Of a DNA stretch of 64,000 bases, positions 50,601 through 59,307 are shown in pieces. Both the position numbers and the translations under genes were made by a program. Position 1 is the first letter of the stretch. Each line of letters begins with the position of its first letter. Source of the stretch: Octopus sinensis. Taxonomy: Eukaryota. The stretch covers positions 930,001 through 994,000 of the forward strand of contig NC_043009.1 of the NCBI RefSeq assembly GCF_006345805.1, given 5' to 3'. A model generated the notes under the pieces. That model was not told where the DNA came from, did not search any database, and was given only the letters and a program-made list of their open reading frames with translations.

Positions 50601-53600
50601 AGGGGGAAGATGGGGAGGTGGAGAGGAGGGGAAGTGTGGAGGGAAGATGGGGATGGGGAGGAGAAAGAAGGGAACGAAATGAAATCAACCCCATAGAGAT
50701 TAACTGTACAAGCTGGTCTTAGCAAGATTTGAACACGTGATGCAAAACGCCAGAACAAATACCACAAGGGCATTTTCTCTGATGTTTTAACAATTGCCAA
50801 TTTGCCACTTTAGCCTAACTACTGATACTCACCGACAATTTCTCCGTTTGCTACTGTCCTAGTCGAGTAAGTAGCAACCACTGTTGATGCTGCCGGTTCA
50901 GGAGATGATGGTGGATATAAAGTCTGCAGCAAATGCTTCCGGCTTTTTTGAGCATCTGAAAAAAGTTTTAATTTGAAATCAAACTTCAGAATATCAAACA
51001 AAATGTAGAAGAATAATCAGGCATATTCTCCAAAGCACCAGGACAAACTGGATTATGCACTCCTAGATAGACTGTGAACAAAAACAAAACAATGAATGAT
51101 CACAGTTAAAAAAGCTTCGTTGAGAAATCTAATTAAATTAAATTATTTAAAAATGTTGGTTTCAAATTTTAACACAAAGCCAGCAAATTTGGGATGGGTG
51201 GGGGTAAGTCGACCCCGGTGCTTGACTAGTTCTTATTTCATTGACCCTGAAAGAATGAGAGGCAAAGTCGACCTCAGCAGAATTTGAACTCAGGATGTAA
51301 AGACATAAAATTCCACTAAGCATTTTGTCCAGCATACTAAAGATTCTTCTAGCTCACGACCTTCAAATTAATTAGAAATATTGATGGCAATCAAATTAAA
51401 TTTCATTAATCTGTTGGTGCCACAATAAAATTACCAAAGCCATGTAAATAGATTTGGTAAAATTCTATAAAAACTGGGTTTTTTTTTAATTATTTTCAAA
51501 ATTAATTTGAAATGAAAACAGCAGTGGCTGTGTGGTAAGTAGCTTGCTTACCAACCACATGGTTCTGGGTTCATTCCCACTAAGTGGCACCTTAGGCAAG
51601 TGCCTTCTACTATAGCCTTGGGCCGACCAAAGCCTTGTGAGTGGATTTGGTAGATGGAAACTGAAGGAAGTCCGTCGTATATATGTGTGTGTGTATATAT
51701 ATATATATATGTCTGTATGTATGTGTGTGTGTGTATATGTTTGTGTGTCTGTGTTTGTCCCCGAACATCGCTTGACAACTGATGGTGGTGTGTTTACGTC
51801 CAGTAACTTAGCGGTTCAGCTAAAGAGACCGATAGAATAAGTACTAGGCTTCCAAAGAATAAGTCCTGGGGTCGATTTGCTAGACTAAAGGTGGTGCTCC
51901 AGCAAGGCCGCAGTCAAATGACTGAAGCAAGTAAAAAAGTAAAAGAGAGCATGTTTCAACAAAAATATGGTAATCAAAGGGTTAAAATATCTACACTGTA
52001 CCAAAGGAAGCTTTTTCCAAAAATCTTGAATATAAAACAAAAACGTTAAATAATACATATTTTCATGAGGCTGTTGATGACATATTTGCTGGCACAAGTA
52101 AACCTTGAATCTATGACTCATTGCTTTGATGAAAAACAGGGTCGAATTTTTAGCAAGAGCTGGAAACTATAAACAAAACTTACTTGGATCTTCCACCTCT
52201 TCTTCTGAAGAAGAATCCTCTGCGTTGCATTCTTCCTGGACTGCTTTCAGAATTCTGGAAATGAGCAAAGATTGGTAAATTTGTAAGAAATAAATTTCCA
52301 AACAGACACACACAAACAAACAGACACACACGTATACATTAATCTTCTAGGTACGGAGTAGTAAAATCTTTACAAATCTGATGGGGAATAGTGTAAAGAT
52401 GCCTAAGTAGCACCCTCTGAATATCAATTTCTTTGCTTTATGTGTACATGTATACATGTAGATGAGGACACATGGCCAACAGCTTAGAGTGTTGGACTCA
52501 CAAGCATAAGATCACAAGTTCAACTTCTGGCTCAGGCAATGTATTGTGACCTTAGGCAAGACACTTCATCTCTTGTTGTTCCATTCACCTCAGTTGAAAA
52601 TGAGTACAAACAGCGGCAGGTGGCAGGTGAGGGATAAGGGGTTTAACCATGTGACAGGCTGGTGTCCTGCCCAGGACAAGGGTTGTCTTATATTTTCAGT
52701 TGCTTGATGACTCAAAAAAATCCAAGAGAAGCTCTAGCATAATGAACCTGCTGATTTGAGACAGAATGTATGTATAAATAAATACACCATTATTCAAAGA
52801 TGCGTCAAGGTTCAAATGGTCTCTGACTGCCTTAACTGTGACACCATGGCAATCTCTAGGATAGTTAATTACGTACAGTATGGTTTAAGAGCAAACTGAA
52901 GACCTGATAATTGAGTTCTTTGCAAGACCTACTATATAGGCTGTTTCTAAAGTGTTGACTGGCTATCTCTGTATCAGAGATTTTGAAAAACAAAAAAAAA
53001 ACAACATTAACCATGGCCATACAACAGCAATAGCCATAACAATACAGAACAAACGTCTGAGATATTTCACAGACACTTAAACCAACTAGAATTACCTGAT
53101 ACATTAAGGCAGCAAACTGGCAGAATCACTACTGCGTCACACAAAATGCTTAGCGGCATATCTTCCAGCTCTTTACATTTACTTCAAATCCCATTGAGGT
53201 CAACTTTGCCTTGCATCCTTTCAGCGGGTTGATAAAATAAGTACCAGTTGTGCACAGGAGGGCGACTACATTGAGTAACTGACCCACGAAAATTGCTGAC
53301 CTTCAGCCAATATTTAAAACTATTTATCTGATATATATATATGCCAAATATTGTAGAAGACTAGATATAGTCTATAACTGATTTAACTGGTACTTATTTA
53401 ACTCTAGTAAAAGAGTAAATTCAACCCTGAAATAATGGCAGACAAGTCAATAGTGAAATAATGAAATAAGCATAGCTCTGACACAAAGAAACTTGTGTGT
53501 CACAGAAATGTAACATTGATAGCATTAGTGTTGAAGTTAATTATGTAATTATTACTTTCAAGTAACAATACATTATTACTATGTATTATGCAAAAGTGTG

Positions 53601-56600
53601 CAGTTTAGTGGTTAGGGCATTTGGCTCGTGAGCATAAGGTTATGAGTTCAATTCCCAGCAATGTGTTGTGTCCTTGAGCAAGAGACTTCATTTCTTCTTG
53701 CTCCACTTGCAAAAATGAGTTGTACCTGTATTCCAGAAGGAGCCAACCTTGTCACACTCTGTTTCACACTGAATTTCCCTGAGAACTACATTAAGGGTAT
53801 GTGTGTCTGTGGAGTACTCAGCCACTTGCACATTAATTTCATGAGCAGGCTGTTCCATTGATCGTATCAACTGGAACCCTCGTCAGCATAACCAAGGGAG
53901 TGCTATAAGCTATGTATTATAAAGTAATAATCCCATGTGCTATAAGGCACAAGGCTTGAAACTTTGCAGGAAAGGGGATAGTCAATTACATCGCCCCCAG
54001 TGCACAGCTGGTACCTATTTCATCAACCCTAGAAAGATCAAAAGAAAAGTCAACCACAACAGCATTTGAACCTAGAATGTGAAGATAGATGAAATGCAGC
54101 TAAGCATGTTCTCCAGAAGGCTAATGATTCTGCCAACTTCCCACCTTACTGCATATTGGTTTCAAATTTTGGCACAAGGCCAGCAATTTCGGGGGAGGGG
54201 AGTAAGTTGATTACATCGACCCCAGTACTCAACTGGTACTTATTTCATCAACCCAGAAAGGATGAAAAAGAAAGTCAACGTCAGTGGCATTTGAACTCAA
54301 AACATTAAGATGGACAAAATACCACTAAGCATTTTGTCCGGCATGCTAATGCTTCTGACAGCTCACCACCTTTTACTACATTTTACAAAGTAATAACGGA
54401 CATTGATAACCAGCAACTAGCACTGAGACAAAAGTTATTTGTCCATTTTGGATATCTTAAAAGTATCTAATCTAGTCTTGTATTGTTGGCATCAACTTAC
54501 CTGCCACGTTAATAAGAAGAAATACTAAAAAGTCAAAGACAAGACACATGAATGCAAAACAACAGGAATTTGGTAACGCGAATCACTTCACCCTACCTGC
54601 AATACCGCTTGTTTACAACATGCTCGATACTTTGGTCAGCGGGTGGAGGAGGAGTGTAACAAAACTTTGGCAGTTCATCGGGTGGCAACCTTGATACCAT
54701 CTCAAACACATGCTGCAAATAAAACAAATGAGTCTTGAGAATTACAAATTTCAATAAAATCCCACACAACAATTGTGCATTTGTGCAACAAGTTGGGATG
54801 GTTTTGCAGACTTACACCTTTGCACCTGACTTCCTCCACAACTATTTCCTATTCGAACATGCCTTTCTCTATACGGAGTCAGTAAAAGTGCCACGTAAAA
54901 AGCACCCAATATACTTTGTAAAGTGATTAGCATTAGAAAGGGCTTTCACCTGTAAAAGACATGCCAAAGCAAACATTGGAGCTTGGCAGTTTTCTGGCCC
55001 ATCAGCTCCTATCAAACTGCCCAACTCATGCCAGCATGGAAAATGGATGATAAACAGCAACAATGACGAAGACGATAAATGCAAGTGTGTGTGTGTGTGT
55101 GTATACAGTAGTTGTCCCATCTTGCTGCACTCTGAATTCCAATTTCACCAAAATGGATTCTAAACAACAATGATCGATGGCGGTGGCATCGTCATCATCA
55201 TTTAATGTCTGCCTTCCATGCTGGCATGGATTGGACGGTTTGACAGGAGCCTACATGCACCAGGCTTCTGTGTCTGTTTCCACAAGGTTTTTACAGCCGA
55301 ATGCCCTTCCTAAAACCAACCATCCAGCAGAGTGAACCCATGATGATGATAACTCTGTGTGTGTGTGGTGTATATGCAAAATTTGTTCCGTCTTGCTGAA
55401 CTCTGAGTTCCTATTCCACCAAGGTCAACTTTTCCTTGAATCCTTTCAACACGAAAGACAATGTAGTGAATTGATGGCATTGTTAAATAAGGTACCTCAC
55501 AATATTTTTTGAACTGCCCATGTTCTGGGTACTTGAGTGGTAAATTTAATCCATCACTTATCTAATACATGGGTACCTTGAGTTGGAATCCAATCTGTTG
55601 CAAGCAATTGAGTCGGGCATCCAGCATAGAGATAAGTTTCTCCCTTCCTCCCACTAGTCTTGAAGGCTCTGAAAAAACAAGGAATCATAGGCACCACCCA
55701 TTGTTTTTTCTTTGTTCTGATAAAGCAGCATAAAAATACAAACTGTGAACCAGTGATTGGTCTGTTATGAAGTTTAAAATCAAAAATTAAAACAGCTCGC
55801 AAAATGCTGGATATAAAACGAAATACAATCTAACTGGTCCTACTTAAACCATTCTCACCCTCCCTTTACTTTCAAGTTGAACAATTGAAGAATTACAATT
55901 GACACTAAATACAAGGTATGTCTACCACAACTAAAGAAGACAGAGGAAGAGGACGGGGTTGTCATTGCTGCTGCAGTTGGCATTGTTTAACATCCATGTT
56001 CCATGCTGGTACGGGTCGAACAGTTTGAGAGGATCCAGTGGGTCCAAGAACTGCACCTTGCTCCACTATCTGCTTTGGCATAATCTCTACAGCTGGATGC
56101 CCTTTCAAATGCCAATCATTTTACAGAGTATACTGAATGGCTATTTTCCTGCCATCGGCACTAGTAAGGTTGCCATGCAGCACACAAGCCTACAAGACCT
56201 GAACAGGACTATGAAACCCAATGTAGTAATAATATGAAATAAAAATATAGAGGCTAACAACAATATCTTACCTGACGAGACAAAATAACATCCTTAAACA
56301 GTTTAGTATAATATCTCTGTTGCCTCATTTTATAGTCTCGAAATTTAAACTTTCGGTATAAATGAGGATATTTTAAAATTTCAGACGTAAAAGTTCCACC
56401 TACAAAAGACATGGTTCACAAATGTATTATTTCAAAAGTAAAAATGAAGAAAATTACAGCAGCAACAACAACAACAACAAGAAGCATGTGAAGGTTAAGT
56501 TTCCCCTGCTAAAGCAAGAGTCAGCCTCAAAGACCTCATAGCATTTTTCTCCGTATTCTTAACTCTTTCCATTCCTCTTGCCCTTATATATATATCCTCT

Positions 56601-58682
56601 GCTCTCATGCTTTGCCATGCCTTTCTTGCTCTTTCTCCCATATCCATCCCCATCACCCTCTCACCCAGTCCTTTTCATTTTTTCTCAGCACATCACTCAG
56701 CTCCCTTTTCCCAACATCCACTAGAAGCTCCATCCTCACCATCCGTTCCGCTTCCTTATCAACACTCCACTCGTCCACTGAATCAGTCTCCTTTCTTTTC
56801 TCTCCAGCCTTCTCTGCTGCTTCACATTAGTTATCTATGTCTTGCTCTGATAAACCACGGCACTTGACTATGCAGTATACAAAGGCATGTGGTGGAGCCA
56901 TTAAGAGCATTCAGCTATAAGGTCATGAGTTCAATTCCTGACAGCATGTTGTGTCCTTGAGCAAGACACTTTATTTCATGTTACTCCTGTTCACTCAGCT
57001 GGCAAAAATGGGTAATACCTGCACTTCTATGATCAACCTTGTTGCATTCTGTGCCACACTGAATCTTCCTGAGAACTGTTTGAAGGGTATGCATATGCAT
57101 GTCTGCAGAGGGATCAGCTATTTACACGTTAATTTCAAGAGCAAGCTGTTCCATTGATCAGATCAACTGGAACCCTCGTCATTGTAACAGAGTTTTCCAG
57201 TTTCAGTGATACTCCCCTTCTCATTTAGTGTGCCACTAAGTTCCCAGACGTTGCTCTATGCACATCTCAATCCTAGCCACTGTCACCAAGTCTGACCCAC
57301 CCCCTCCATGCAATGTGTCTCCTATGTAACAAAATACTTTCTCATGCCTTCCAACTTCATGTCGTTTCCAAGATCTCATTCAACATTCTCTCCTTCGACA
57401 GCATCCGCTTTGTAGCTGCTGTTACATAATAATCCTCATGCACCCCTACATTTTCAACAAGTCCACTCAGTACACATTGCATCGGTAATTGAATGATGTG
57501 ATAACACACACATACACACACACACACACACACGCAAATTTAAATAATACCATTTTGATACACAGTTAATGCAAATATAAATAAATAAATGAAAACAACA
57601 AACAAAATACAATGACTTAACCCTTTAGTACTCAACCCAGCCATATCAGATCCAAATATTCTACCTATTTTATATTCAAATTGACTAGATCAGACCCCTT
57701 ACACCTACAATACAATATAATTCTAAAAAATATACAATCACATCATTGAAATCATAAAGTTACAAAATAATGTAAGACAGCTGCTTGAAAACAATGTGAA
57801 TAAATAGTATTACATTTGACAAAATAATCCGAATGCTATAAGGGTTTAAAGTTATTTATTCTACCTTTTAGCTTCATGTGGAACTTTTTCACGGGGTTAC
57901 CAAATTTAAAATTTTCTCCGCTTAACAACCGCCTGTTAATAAAGAATTAATAACAAAGAAATGAAAGGGAAAAAGGGAAAGAGAGAGACATAGAACAGGT
58001 GAATTTATAGAGTGCAATAAGGAAGATTGAATTTTACTAGGATAATGATTAACTGTAGAAGTGTCATGAAGCAAAAAAAAAAAAAAAAGGAGTGGTTCTG
58101 GGTTCAGTCCCACTGTGTGGCACCTTGGGTAAGTGTCTTCTACTATAGCCTCAAGCCGACCAAAGCCTTGTCAGTGGATTTAGTAGACGGAAACTGAAGG
58201 AAGCCCATCGTATATATGTATGTGTGTATATGTTTGTGTGTCTGTGTTTGTCCTGCCAACATCGCTTGACAACTGATGGTAGTGTGTTTATGTCCCCATA
58301 ACTTAGCAGTTTGGCAAAAGAGACCGATAGAATAAGTACTAGGCTTACAAATAATATGTCTTGGGGTCGATTTGCTTGGCCGCAGTCAAATGACTAAAAC
58401 AAGTAAAAAGAGAGAGAAAAAAAAGGAGACAAGAGTGAAGGATAGTTTCAATTTCTAGTTTTAACTAATCCATTTCAGTTATATAGGATCTATGGGAAAT
58501 AATTATTCTATGGGAAATATTTATATCATAATATTTTCCCATAGCCAGACATGTCTTTATAGGAAATTAATGACACTGTTTGTATGAGAGTCACTGCCAG
58601 TTTCAAGTGATGTCAACACACAAGAAAACACAAACATACACATGCCCACACCTGCACACACAGATATATATATATATATATA

Positions 58683-58718
<36 letters not shown>

Positions 58719-59055
58719 ACAAGAAGTAAAAGGGATTAATAAATCCAAGCAGACATCTATAAAACGCTCAGTCTTAAACAAATTATAATTCTTCTTCATG
58801 TTCTTTTTGTATGCATTCATCTACTACAGATATTTTCTCTTCGAATTTAACCAATTTCAGACTGCCTTGATAACATGTTAACATATATATTTTCGGATAT
58901 ATTATTTTGCCTGATATTTTACACCTTTCCGGTATCTAAACATGCTGCTGCAACAGAAATGATCGTCGGTAATATATTGTGCATCCACCAATTAAAGAAG
59001 TGATTTTCTCCATTCTTATTTGTTGTTATATACATATATATATATATACATACGT

Positions 59056-59098
<43 letters not shown>

Positions 59099-59276
59099 CA
59101 TATATATATATATACGTACATATATGTATAAATATATATATATGTACATATATATATCATCATCATCATGTGACCAACCAGACCATCAGATGTTGTTACA
59201 CATCGCTGGTCACAATGCCTTCGCATTGTTTTAGCCTTTGAATGACGCCACCTCGCTGGCTAAGCAAGCAGGCCAC

Positions 59277-59307
<31 letters not shown>

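Noticed and set aside
50365-50800. Pro/Ser/Leu-rich and Gly/Glu/Arg-rich ORFs
   Set aside because: They are translations of the polypurine tract.
58557-59000. Possible extra NFRKB exon or transposase remnant
   Set aside because: Exons 60081-60136 and 57865-57932 already join in phase and match the DEUBAD continuously; no motif was recognised in this stretch.
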